From Bacteroidales bacterium (GTDB lineage: Bacteria > Bacteroidota > Bacteroidia > Bacteroidales > JAIORY01), in the NCBI GenBank assembly GCA_021107915.1, contig JAIORY010000219.1:1-38469 (forward strand): a stretch of DNA of 38,469 bases. The letters run 5' to 3'. Within the stretch, counting starts at the first letter, position 1; every line of letters begins with the position of its first letter. The notes below the pieces were generated by a model that had not been told where the DNA came from, did no database searches, and was given only the letters and a program-made list of their open reading frames with translations. Made by a program: the position numbers and the translations under genes. This document shows, piece by piece, positions 1 to 8,643 of this stretch.

Positions 1-116
1 TATTGGTTGACGATGTAATAACTACCGGAGCAACAATAGAAGCCTGCGCTCAGGCCTTGCATAAAATCCCTGACATAAAGATAAGTGTGGTTTCTATTGG
101 GGTAGCGGTGAATTAG
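1..116 (+). CDS. ComF-family phosphoribosyltransferase, C-terminal fragment (5' end outside window)
   Basis: Frame 3 reads LVDDVITTGATIEACAQALHKIPDIKISVVSIGVAVN*. This contains the PRPP-binding VDDVxTTGAT loop of ComF/PRTase proteins. Stop TAG at 114-116. Confidence 0.55.
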   Translation, partial: LVDDVITTGATIEACAQALHKIPDIKISVVSIGVAVN

Positions 117-145
117 ATTTTGAGACTTTTGAGAATAAAAGAGAA

Positions 146-169
146 AAATCCTCCCGTAAGGGAGGATTT
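146..169. terminator. GC-rich hairpin AAATCCTCCC-GTAA-GGGAGGATTT downstream of the comF-like gene
   Basis: Perfect 10-bp stem with a 4-nt loop, 30 nt after the stop. Same TCCTCCC/GGGAGGA hairpin family as the flanks of the leuS insertion (34470-34488). Confidence 0.5.
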
Positions 170-170
170 G

Positions 171-264
171 CAGAATAAGATTGTAATTGTTTTTTTACAT
201 TTATCATTATTGAGGAAATGTAGAATTTAAAATAATAAATGACAAACTTACTTCTAAATCTAAA
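171..264. repeat. Island junction repeat R1, copy a
   Basis: CAGAATAAGATTGTAATTG...AAATAATAAATGACAAACTT recurs at 3611-3705. The first ~80 bp are identical apart from a 1-nt difference in a T-run. Confidence 0.9.
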
Positions 265-316
265 GTTCAAATATTAACAAGATAATTATTTAGAATTGTT
301 ATAAACTATGCTATAA

Positions 317-334
317 GTTCACAATATTGTGAAC
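317..334. promoter_or_regulatory. Perfect 18-bp palindrome GTTCACAATATTGTGAAC, candidate operator for the downstream HTH protein
   Basis: Perfect dyad 44 nt upstream of the ATG at 378 and directly abutting a TAAATTTG -7 box at 342-349. Confidence 0.5.
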
Positions 335-341
335 ATTATAT

Positions 342-349
342 TAAATTTG
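342..349 (+). promoter_or_regulatory. Bacteroidota-type -7 promoter box TAAATTTG (TAnnTTTG)
   Basis: Matches the TAnnTTTG consensus, 29 nt upstream of the start codon at 378. Confidence 0.4.
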
Positions 350-377
350 CATTAATTATTATGAAAAATAGAGAAAG

Positions 378-1481
378 ATGAAAACGACAGAAAACACAAT
401 TCCACTTTTAGCTACACATCCGGGGAAAGTTCTTTTAGATGAAATTAAAGCAAATGATTTTACTCAAAGTGATTTTGCAAAGAAAATTGGTTTAAAGAAA
501 AGTCAGTTAAATGAAATTATAAAACGGAAAAGAAATATTAATGCTGAGTTGGCTATTTTATTAGAAAAAACATTGAATATTGATGCAGAATATTGGTTAG
601 AAATTCAAAAGAATTATGATTTAGACAAAGCTCGAATTAATATTAAGAATCAGCAAAGATTAGAAGCAATTGAGCAATGGAAATTTATAGAAAACAAAAT
701 TGCCACTTCATTTTTAAAGAAAGAAAAGGTATTAAGTGGAGATCCCATTGAAGATATAATTGCCGTCAAGAAAATATATAATGTGCAAAATTTTGAAGAA
801 TTAGCCAAATTAAATGCAAAACCTGCTTACGCCAGATTTAGAAAATCAACAAAATTAGAGATTGATCCAATTAATATTATTGGGTGGGTGAAATTACTTC
901 ACTTTAATGCAAGTCGGATATTTGTTGAAAAATTTGACTACGATAAAAAAAACGAATTAATTACAAAACTTAAACAGATTTTAAGAATAAACAAAAATAC
1001 TTTAGTGACAGTACAACTAACATTAGCAGATTTTGGAATTAAATTAATCTATCAGAGAAAAGGTGACAAAACACCTGTTGATGGAATCTCTTTTTGGAGT
1101 AATGGTAGCCCGGCAATTGGCATGTCTTTAAGACATAGTAGATTGGATAATTTTGCTTTTACACTTTTTCATGAATTAGGTCATATTTTTGAACATCTTC
1201 CAAATAACAATAAAGCCGAATTTGTTGATTTAATTGCTTCCAAAGAACAAAAAGATTACAAGAAATCAAAAGAAGAGAAAGAAGCTGATTTATTTGCACA
1301 AAAAAATATGATCGAATCTAAAAATTGGAAAGTTTTCTTTCTTAATCAAAGATTTGATGATAGAAGTATTATAGAATTTGCAAAAGAAAATGAAATTCAC
1401 CCATGTATTGTCAGGGGAAGAATTTGTTTTACGACAGGTTTTTATAAAGCAAAAACATCAATTGATTATTCAATTTATTAA
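378..1481 (+). CDS. Fusion protein: HigA/XRE-family HTH domain plus ImmA/IrrE-type (M78, COG2856) zinc metallopeptidase domain
   Basis: N-terminus HPGKVLLDEI...SQLNEIIKRKRNINAELAILLEKTLNIDAEYWLEIQKNYDL is a HigA-type HTH. C-terminal part carries the HEXXH motif FHELGHIFEH followed by EKEADLFA, as in ImmA/IrrE peptidases. Confidence 0.8.
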   Translation: MKTTENTIPLLATHPGKVLLDEIKANDFTQSDFAKKIGLKKSQLNEIIKRKRNINAELAILLEKTLNIDAEYWLEIQKNYDLDKARINIKNQQRLEAIEQWKFIENKIATSFLKKEKVLSGDPIEDIIAVKKIYNVQNFEELAKLNAKPAYARFRKSTKLEIDPINIIGWVKLLHFNASRIFVEKFDYDKKNELITKLKQILRINKNTLVTVQLTLADFGIKLIYQRKGDKTPVDGISFWSNGSPAIGMSLRHSRLDNFAFTLFHELGHIFEHLPNNNKAEFVDLIASKEQKDYKKSKEEKEADLFAQKNMIESKNWKVFFLNQRFDDRSIIEFAKENEIHPCIVRGRICFTTGFYKAKTSIDYSIY

Positions 1482-1570
1482 AATAATAAATTACAAACTT
1501 TGTTCAAACATCTTCCAAATCCAGAACTCAAAACTTGCTTCTAAATCTAAAATCTAAATTCATAAATCCC

Positions 1571-1638
1571 AAATTATCTTGCCTATTATATCTTTTTTAC
1601 ATAAGTTTGTAACATAATGTGAAGTTGAAAAATTTCAG
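1571..1638. repeat. Island promoter module R2, copy a (contains -7 box TAAGTTTG at 1602-1609)
   Basis: AAATTATCTTGCCTATTATATCTTTTTTACATAAGTTTGTAACATAATGTGAAGTTGAAAAATTTCAG is about 90% identical to 3704-3771. TTG-N20-TAAGTTTG fits the Bacteroidota promoter layout. Confidence 0.75.
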
Positions 1639-1772
1639 GTAATTAATTGCGAACTACTTTATTGGTTTTTTATAGAGAAAAACTACAATTTACTACAATC
1701 CAATTACTACAATTTATACTGATTTGTGAAAAGGATAATTTGAGTTTTTTAATATAGGTAAAAAATAATAAA

Positions 1773-3428
1773 TTGAGAAACGAAAAAAACATTAAAGACA
1801 TATTACGAGATTTGCTAAGTCAAGATTATGAAAATGAGATATTAGAATTTAAGGAGGCAAAAAACGGATATGATTTCAATAGACTCGGAAAGTATTTTTC
1901 TGCACTTTGCAATGAAGCGAATTTAAAAAATCAATCCCCTGCTTGGTTGGTTTTTGGTGTAAGAGATAAAAATAAAAAGATTATTGGCACTCAATTTAGG
2001 ACGAATAAAGCAAACCTGCATAAATTGAAAGCAGAAGTTGCAAATCACACTACCAACCGCATTACTTTTATAGAGATATATGAGTTTAACACACCAGATG
2101 GTAGAGTTGTTTTATTTGAAATTCCTACCGCTCCGAAAGGTATCCCTGTTTCATGGAAAGGCCATTATTACGGTAGAGATGGAGAAGAACTTAATGCCCT
2201 AAATCTGGAAGAAATTGAACGAATACGTATGCAATCCAACGAGGAAGATTGGAGTATTAAAATATGCAAAGGTGCTGATTTAAGAGATTTATCACAGGAA
2301 GCTATTTTAAAAGCTCGTTCTAATTTTAAAACTAAAAATCCAAATCTAAACAAAGAAATAAACAATTGGGATGATATTACATTTTTAAATAAGGCAAAAG
2401 TATGTATTAAAGGAAAAATTACTCGTGCAGCGATTTTACTGCTTGGTAAGTCTGAATCAGAACATTTCATTTCTCCTGCCACAGCTAAAATTACATGGAT
2501 ATTAAAAGACAGGGATAACATAGAAAAAGATTATGCACACTTTACCTGTCCTCTTCTTTTGAATACTGAAGAAGTTCATCAAAAAATACGAAATTTAAAA
2601 TATCGTTATTTGAAAGAAGGAACACTTTTTCCTGAAGAAGTTGATCAATTTGATTCTTACATTATTCGTGAAGCTTTGAATAATTGTATTGCACATCAAG
2701 ATTATTCTTTAGGTGGAAAAATTTCTGTAATTGAAAATGAAGATGGCAATTTGATTTTTAGTAATGCTGGTAAGTTTATTCCTGAAAGCGTCGAAGAAGT
2801 AATTATTTCTGATTCGCCTGAATATAGGTATAGAAATAAATTTTTAACAGATGCAATGGTCAACTTAAACATGATAGATAGTATCGGTAGTGGAATAAAA
2901 AAAATGTTTAATATTCAGAAAGAAAAGTTTTTTCCATTACCTGACTACGAGATAAAGAATAATAAAGTGAAGGTACGTTTTGTAGGTAAAGTAATGGATG
3001 TTAACTATGCCAGAAAATTGGTTACTATGCCAAACTTAAATTTATTGGATATCATTTTACTTGATAAAGTAGTTAAAAGAAAAACTTTATGTAATATTGA
3101 AATTAAACATTTGAAAAATAAAAATTTAATAGAAGGACGAAAACCTAATTTTTATGTTTCTATGTCTGTGGCAAAGGCTACTGGAGAACAGAGTGATTAT
3201 ATTAAACAGAGAGGTATTGATGATGAATATTGTCAAAAGATGATTTTGGATTATTTGAAAGAATTTGGCAAAGGAAAAAGTTCGGATTTTAAAAAAGTTC
3301 TTATTGACAAGTTATCAAATTCATTAAATGAAAAAAGGAAAGTTAATAAAATTAGAAATGTTTTACAGAAGCTTAGAAAAGATGGAAAAATAGTTATTAA
3401 GGGAAAGTATTGGAAAATTGCTATTTAG
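1773..3428 (+). CDS. AlbA_2 (Schlafen-like DNA-binding) plus HATPase_c_4 plus C-terminal wHTH protein, usually annotated as putative transcriptional regulator or RecG-like ATP-binding protein
   Basis: N-terminus ENEILEFKEAKNGYDF...WLVFGVRDKNKKIIG fits the AlbA_2 pattern. The central part IIREALNNCIAHQDYSLGGKISV...IDSIGSGIKKM fits HATPase_c_4. TTG start with no in-frame ATG upstream of the domain. Confidence 0.7.
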   Translation: MRNEKNIKDILRDLLSQDYENEILEFKEAKNGYDFNRLGKYFSALCNEANLKNQSPAWLVFGVRDKNKKIIGTQFRTNKANLHKLKAEVANHTTNRITFIEIYEFNTPDGRVVLFEIPTAPKGIPVSWKGHYYGRDGEELNALNLEEIERIRMQSNEEDWSIKICKGADLRDLSQEAILKARSNFKTKNPNLNKEINNWDDITFLNKAKVCIKGKITRAAILLLGKSESEHFISPATAKITWILKDRDNIEKDYAHFTCPLLLNTEEVHQKIRNLKYRYLKEGTLFPEEVDQFDSYIIREALNNCIAHQDYSLGGKISVIENEDGNLIFSNAGKFIPESVEEVIISDSPEYRYRNKFLTDAMVNLNMIDSIGSGIKKMFNIQKEKFFPLPDYEIKNNKVKVRFVGKVMDVNYARKLVTMPNLNLLDIILLDKVVKRKTLCNIEIKHLKNKNLIEGRKPNFYVSMSVAKATGEQSDYIKQRGIDDEYCQKMILDYLKEFGKGKSSDFKKVLIDKLSNSLNEKRKVNKIRNVLQKLRKDGKIVIKGKYWKIAI

Positions 3429-3542
3429 AATATTTTTAAATAAAATTAGCTATACTTTTAGAAAAACACTATTGGCATTCCTATATAAAAAACATGTAAT
3501 ATAAAGGTAAACAGTAAAATAAGGGGCTATTCAAATGTGAAT

Positions 3543-3582
3543 AAAATTGCTATTTAGAATGTGTTTAGAATAAATTTAGTCA
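3543..3582. repeat. Duplicate of the 3' tail of the 1773-3428 gene (remnant of a lost paralogous cassette?)
   Basis: AAAATTGCTATTTAGAAT (last codons KIAI plus stop) at 3414-3431 recurs exactly at 3543-3560. Similarity continues for about 20 more nt. Confidence 0.6.
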
Positions 3583-3610
3583 TTTTAAAGTTTTGTTATA
3601 TAAAAATTTA

Positions 3611-3705
3611 CAGAATAAGATTGTAATTGTTTTTTTTACATTTATCATTATTGAGGAAATGTAGAATTTAAAATAATAAATGACAAACTTTCTTCTAAAT
3701 CTTAA
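3611..3705. repeat. Island junction repeat R1, copy b
   Basis: Direct repeat of 171-264, here contiguous with R2. Confidence 0.9.
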
Positions 3706-3771
3706 ATTATCTTGCTTATTATATCTTTTTTACATAAGTTTGTAACAGAATTTGAAGTTGAATAATTTCAG
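3704..3771. repeat. Island promoter module R2, copy b (contains -7 box TAAGTTTG at 3735-3742)
   Basis: Same 68-nt module as 1571-1638, about 100 nt upstream of the TIR gene ATG. Confidence 0.75.
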
Positions 3772-3840
3772 ATATACTAATCTTAACAGATATGCAAAGC
3801 AATAGCTGCTCAGAAGTAGCTGGCACAAATTAGAAAACCT

Positions 3841-4692
3841 ATGGAAAACCAAGAATTTAAATACGATATAGCATTATCATTCGCAGGTGAAGACCGCGAG
3901 TACGTAAACAAAGTAGCAAATTTGTTAAAAGAAAAAGACGTCAAAGTTTTTTATGACTTGTTTGAAGAAGAAGATTTATGGGGGAAGGATTTGGGTGTTC
4001 ATTTTGACTTTGTATATCGAAAAAGCGCACGATATTGTATACCATTTATTTCATCTAGTTACAAAGAAAAAATTTGGACTAGTCATGAAATCAAAACTGC
4101 AATATCAAGAGCCATAGAATCCAATCACGAGTATATACTTCCTGCAAGATTTGATAACACCGAAATAGATGGCATTAGACCTACTTTAGGCTTCATTGAC
4201 CTCAGAAAAAACACACCAGAACAACTAGCCAATAAAATCTTAAAGAAGCTTGAAAAGGAACCTTCTATACCTGTAACTGAAAAAGAACAAGAAACAGATG
4301 GAAACATTTTTGCTTCAGTTTATGTCATTACATACGACCAAGTGAACGTTCATGAAGTATCAATAGGTGTTACAATGACGAATGTAATGAAGGAACATAG
4401 ATATTTTAATGAACCAAGCTTCTTGCTATCTGAGGCTGTGATTGGCAATGCAGACGCCTTCTATTTAATAGATAAAATCGAACCAATTAAATTCCCTATA
4501 AAACTTGAATATGGTGAGGTAGCAAAAGCTTCTTATAGATTAAAATATGAATCAAAAGATGGTTTTTGGGAAAAACTTTCAAAAGACGCATTTTTCCAAG
4601 CTGAAGTAACAACTACTGTTGGAGAAAGGTATAAATCAAATAAGGTAAAAGCCCAAATGGTATTAGATTCTTTTGGAATGATAAAAAAATAA
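3841..4692 (+). CDS. TIR-domain protein (TIR_2/ThsB-like N-terminal domain, about 140 aa) with an unassigned C-terminal domain of about 130 aa
   Basis: YDIALSFAGEDREYVNKVANLLKEKDVKVFYD...IPFISSSYKEKIWTSHEIKTAI is a bacterial TIR signature, including the conserved Glu (E83 in WTSHE). I cannot assign residues ~155-283 to any family. Confidence 0.8.
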   Translation: MENQEFKYDIALSFAGEDREYVNKVANLLKEKDVKVFYDLFEEEDLWGKDLGVHFDFVYRKSARYCIPFISSSYKEKIWTSHEIKTAISRAIESNHEYILPARFDNTEIDGIRPTLGFIDLRKNTPEQLANKILKKLEKEPSIPVTEKEQETDGNIFASVYVITYDQVNVHEVSIGVTMTNVMKEHRYFNEPSFLLSEAVIGNADAFYLIDKIEPIKFPIKLEYGEVAKASYRLKYESKDGFWEKLSKDAFFQAEVTTTVGERYKSNKVKAQMVLDSFGMIKK

Positions 4693-4793
4693 AACTTGCA
4701 CTAACACCTAACCATATAAAAATCTCAAAAGAATTTATAGAGGAAAAATATATAAAATTTGCTATCATTTTTCATAAAATATTTAATGCGTAA

Positions 4794-7415
4794 TCATCTC
4801 CCCACCACACAAGTCTTTTTATAATGCCTCACTTTGCCATTCAGATCAAAGATTTCAAAGTAAATAATATAAATTCCGATATTGGCTTTTTCATTATTTT
4901 GATTGATACCATCCCACGAAAAACCTCCTTTTGTTCCAAGCAATTCGTTTCTGATTAGGTTTTTTGTTAGTTTTCCGGCGGAGTTAAAAATTGTAATATT
5001 TGCTGTGTAACCGGAACTTTCAAATTTGTAATTTATATTTAAAATATCATCAAAGCCATCTGCATTTGGTGAGAAAATTTCAGGGGAAATACTTACCGGA
5101 TCTTCAATATCTTCTTCTTTGGTAAATTGAGAATTTTCAAAAGCCGGAGTTCCAAAACCGCTTTGCTGTGAAGCCGAATGCCAGTTGGTTTTATCATTTG
5201 CAGGTCGGTTATAATTAATTCTTTCCAGAGCAACGCCATCATAAAAATTAAGCAAAGGAAACTGCATTTCTTCGGAGTATTCAAAAATATCAATAATAAG
5301 ATCGTTTTTATTTTTTATTAATGAAATTCCTTTGTCGTTATTATACGAAGGAAAAGATTCAACCTTAATAAAACCATCGGGATTGGAAGTGTAAAATTGT
5401 TGTTTAACGATATCAGGATTTTTGCTAAGAACAAAATAATCTTCAGGAAATATTAATTTCCCATTTTCGCTTATGTTTTTCGTGATGGTGTCGGGAGGAT
5501 TTGGAGGGGTTTTCTTTACGGAAGAAATTTTAAGGTTTTTGAGATCAATAATTTTATTTGAACGATTGTAAATCTCAACATAATCCACGCCATCAGCAAG
5601 CGGATTAAACAAAATTTCGTTTATCACAATATCGTTATTTTCTGTTGTTTGAGGAATGCCGAGCCGGGTATTGCTATAAGTTTCCAAAGGTATTCCTGAG
5701 CAATTTAAAATATCTTCAACAATATCCAAAGTATAAATAATTCCCTCACTCATATCTGTTGAAAACTCCAAAATCACACTTTTAAAACCTTGTGAATTTA
5801 TTATAATATTTTGCGGTTTTCCAATGCCGTTATCAATTTTATAAGCATTAATGTTTAACACAGAAAGGCTGTCCATGTTTTGGTCGAAAGAAAGCTCAAT
5901 TGTTTTTGGATTTATGTAAATAGTATTATCAATTTTCGGAGGAATATCTTCGATAGAAAAAACAGAATTTTCGCTTCCGGGAGTGCCGCCATAATCGTTG
6001 TTTGCAGCTTTCCAGTTTTCATTTCCACCGCAAGGATTAAAAGGATCAATTTGTTCTAACGACCATCCACCATCTTCTTTTTCAGGATTATTGTACCAGT
6101 CATCGGAATATGAAATGTATGAAATTAAGTTGCCGTTTTGATTTCGTAAAATTATTTCCTGTCCGGAATTTGTTAAAGAAAAACTCGAAAAACCATAAAA
6201 ATCACCAAAGAAAGAAAACAAAGTTGCGGCAGTTTCTTTTCCGATAATCAAGTATTCTCCCGGCTCAATAAAAACATCTGAAAAAACCTTTTCACTCGTC
6301 CCGATAATCAACATCCAATTATTAAGATCAATGGGCAGGGGAGAGGTATTGTACAATTCGAGGTATTCATATTCCGGCATGTTGACCGGAGGACTGGGAT
6401 CAGCCATAATCTCGTTTATCACGATGTCGTTTCGCTGAGCGATATAATACGAAAATTCAATATTTACCGGCGAAATAGTGTTTTCTGAAAAGTCTTTTAT
6501 ACCGGAGATATTTAAAATATTTATCTCTCCGTTGGGAAAAGATGATGAAAATTCAAGGTGAACAAGCGAGGGATCAGATTCATTTCTTGTCGCATTTTCC
6601 GGTTTACCGATATTATTATTTGCTGTGTAATTATTTATGTTTTCTGAAGATAACCGATCTACTCCTTCCGAAAATTTAATATCAAGTTTGTTTTGCGAAA
6701 TTGTGTTTACAGAAACTACTTCCGGTGGAATGGTATCAATTAAAATATCACCAACATAAAAATTATCGAAATACATTTTACTGCTGTTGCTTGAGGTATA
6801 TTTGCAGAAAACCCCAAAAGAATTTGTGGTATTTATTTCGTTATCGGTGCCTTCAGTTTCAGCCTGAAAATTATTTCCTCCGGCAGGATCAATAAAAATT
6901 TTCCATAAAGCATTTTCGTTTCGTGTAATTTTTACGGATATTTCAAAAGAACCGGACAATAATCCTTCAGTACCCCGACAAACCGAAATATGCTCATCAC
7001 CGGCTTGTCTGAACAACTCAATTGCATCATCTGAACCTGATTCACCAAATTGCAAATAATATCCGTTTAAAGGCAAATCAAGATCAGTTTGATCAGAAAC
7101 CAAATATACACGTGCGTAATTATTTGCTGATGGGCTGAAAGAAAGTTTTATCCAAAAACGCCATTCGGTTTCATTAAGCCCGGTATTTGGTGTAGATAAA
7201 AAGGATTCTCCGGCATCTGTTGCATTCAGTTGTAATTGAAGATCAGGATTGATAATAAAACTCTCTGGATTGCCTGACCAAAGTGGATCATTAGTAAAAT
7301 CTCCATCCGAGAAATCGTCATTTATTTGAGCCATCAGGGAAACTGAAAAAAGAAAAGAGATTAATAAAAAAAATTGTTTTTTGGGAAATCGAAGGTAGAT
7401 TTGGATATTATTCAT
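4794..7415 (-). CDS. Secreted lamin-tail-domain (LTD x2) protein with a gliding-motility/T9SS type-B C-terminal sorting domain
   Basis: N-terminal signal/TM segment. Two INEI(M/L)..P......EY(L/V)E(L/I)YN LTD cores. C-terminus FSPNADGFDDIL...WDGINQNNEKANIGIYIIYFEI...VVGR resembles the CHU_C/TIGR04131 domain. Confidence 0.6.
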   Translation of the reverse strand: MNNIQIYLRFPKKQFFLLISFLFSVSLMAQINDDFSDGDFTNDPLWSGNPESFIINPDLQLQLNATDAGESFLSTPNTGLNETEWRFWIKLSFSPSANNYARVYLVSDQTDLDLPLNGYYLQFGESGSDDAIELFRQAGDEHISVCRGTEGLLSGSFEISVKITRNENALWKIFIDPAGGNNFQAETEGTDNEINTTNSFGVFCKYTSSNSSKMYFDNFYVGDILIDTIPPEVVSVNTISQNKLDIKFSEGVDRLSSENINNYTANNNIGKPENATRNESDPSLVHLEFSSSFPNGEINILNISGIKDFSENTISPVNIEFSYYIAQRNDIVINEIMADPSPPVNMPEYEYLELYNTSPLPIDLNNWMLIIGTSEKVFSDVFIEPGEYLIIGKETAATLFSFFGDFYGFSSFSLTNSGQEIILRNQNGNLISYISYSDDWYNNPEKEDGGWSLEQIDPFNPCGGNENWKAANNDYGGTPGSENSVFSIEDIPPKIDNTIYINPKTIELSFDQNMDSLSVLNINAYKIDNGIGKPQNIIINSQGFKSVILEFSTDMSEGIIYTLDIVEDILNCSGIPLETYSNTRLGIPQTTENNDIVINEILFNPLADGVDYVEIYNRSNKIIDLKNLKISSVKKTPPNPPDTITKNISENGKLIFPEDYFVLSKNPDIVKQQFYTSNPDGFIKVESFPSYNNDKGISLIKNKNDLIIDIFEYSEEMQFPLLNFYDGVALERINYNRPANDKTNWHSASQQSGFGTPAFENSQFTKEEDIEDPVSISPEIFSPNADGFDDILNINYKFESSGYTANITIFNSAGKLTKNLIRNELLGTKGGFSWDGINQNNEKANIGIYIIYFEIFDLNGKVRHYKKTCVVGR

Positions 7416-7570
7416 AATAGTGTGAGCTGTTAGATAAAAATTAAAAAACCGAAAAATGTATTAATAACAGAATTTAAATTTTGTTCTTTTCAACTTTAAA
7501 TAAAGGATAATAAGGATTTAACAAAATTATCAACGATAATAATTATGAATAATATGTAAATATACTATTT

Positions 7571-8551
7571 TTGCTGGGAATTTTGAAACTGTTAATTAAA
7601 AGTCACAAAGAAAAAGTGAAGATTTACTACGGAATAGAAGAATATAATTGCAATGAAGTACCATCACCAATAGTAACGGTTGGAACATTTGATGGCGTAC
7701 ATGTAGGTCATCAGAGGATAATTGCAAATATGGTTGAAGAAGCGCACAAAATCAATGGTGAAACAGTTTTAATTACCTTTGATCCACATCCGCGTTTGGT
7801 TTTACATTCCGACAGTAATGATTTGAAATTTATTAATACGAAAGAAAAAAAATTCGAACTTCTTGAAAATTTTGGAATACAACATCTTATCATAATTAAT
7901 TTTAACCGGGAATTTGCTAAGACTACTTCACGTGATTTTATCAAAAATATTATTGTTGAGAAATTAAAAACCAAGAAACTTATTATTGGTTACGATCATC
8001 AATTTGGGAAAAACAGATTAGGAGATTATTCCAGCCTTTATGATATTTGTAAAGAATTTCCTTTTGAAGTAAAACGTATTCCTGCACAAGATGTTAACAA
8101 AATATTTGTTAGCTCAACAAAAATACGTAAAGCACTTAATTCCGGCAAAATAAAAAAGGCAAACGAATTGCTCGGTTATAATTATTCAATTACCGGAAAT
8201 GTGGTTAGAGGAGCCGGAATAGGAAGAACTATTGGTTATCCCACGGCAAATATTGATATCGAAGACGAATATAAATTGATAACGGCAAATGGTGTTTATG
8301 CTTGTTTGGTCGAATACAATGGAAAAACTTATAAAGGCATGGGAAATATTGGTTTCAGACCAACAGTTGATCATGGAGACCTGACCATTGAAGTTAATAT
8401 TTTTGATTTTGATAAAGATATTTATGATGAAAGCCTGAAAGTATTTTTTATCGATCGTATTCGGGATGAAGAAAAATTTATAAATCTAAATGCCTTAAAA
8501 GAACAATTACATAAAGATAAAGCAAATACTTTAAAAATTCTTGAAGAATAA
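7571..8551 (+). CDS. ribF: Bifunctional riboflavin kinase / FMN adenylyltransferase
   Basis: VTVGTFDGVHVGHQ nucleotidyltransferase motif and C-terminal riboflavin kinase GxGRTIGYPTAN. The true start may be GTG at 7616 (VKIYYG...). Confidence 0.9.
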   Translation: MLGILKLLIKSHKEKVKIYYGIEEYNCNEVPSPIVTVGTFDGVHVGHQRIIANMVEEAHKINGETVLITFDPHPRLVLHSDSNDLKFINTKEKKFELLENFGIQHLIIINFNREFAKTTSRDFIKNIIVEKLKTKKLIIGYDHQFGKNRLGDYSSLYDICKEFPFEVKRIPAQDVNKIFVSSTKIRKALNSGKIKKANELLGYNYSITGNVVRGAGIGRTIGYPTANIDIEDEYKLITANGVYACLVEYNGKTYKGMGNIGFRPTVDHGDLTIEVNIFDFDKDIYDESLKVFFIDRIRDEEKFINLNALKEQLHKDKANTLKILEE

Positions 8552-8643
8552 TTCTCAATATCCACTATCCGACAAATGGTAAATTTTATATATTTGTTGA
8601 CTCAAAAATTTAATCAAAACAATATCAAACAAATAACTTAAAA

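Noticed and set aside
2168-2521. Antisense or out-of-frame ORFs nested in large genes (for example 2168-2521, 4125-4307, 5093-5293, 6701-6895, 7711-7974, 8186-8374, 9079-9660, 9332-9532, 9907-10125, 11384-11569, 20420-20737, 21408-21638, 21717-21941, 24563-24956, 26422-26607, 28342-28803, 30468-30860, 32898-33128, 33562-33990, 34106-34481, 35408-35614)
   Set aside because: All are fully embedded in CDSs that have clear family signatures on the other strand or in another frame. Their peptides are low-complexity or Cys/Phe/Ile-rich, as expected for noise, although long embedded ORFs such as 9079-9660 (193 aa) and 33562-33990 (142 aa) are less expected in AT-rich DNA.
3841-4692. Canonical Thoeris system
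   Set aside because: A ThsB-like TIR protein is present, but there is no ThsA (SIR2/Macro-SLOG or TM-SLOG) gene in the island or nearby, so the named system cannot be called.
7416-7570. FMN riboswitch upstream of ribF
   Set aside because: I could not find the conserved FMN-element core sequences. The region is AT-rich promoter-like DNA, and ribF is not normally riboswitch-controlled.
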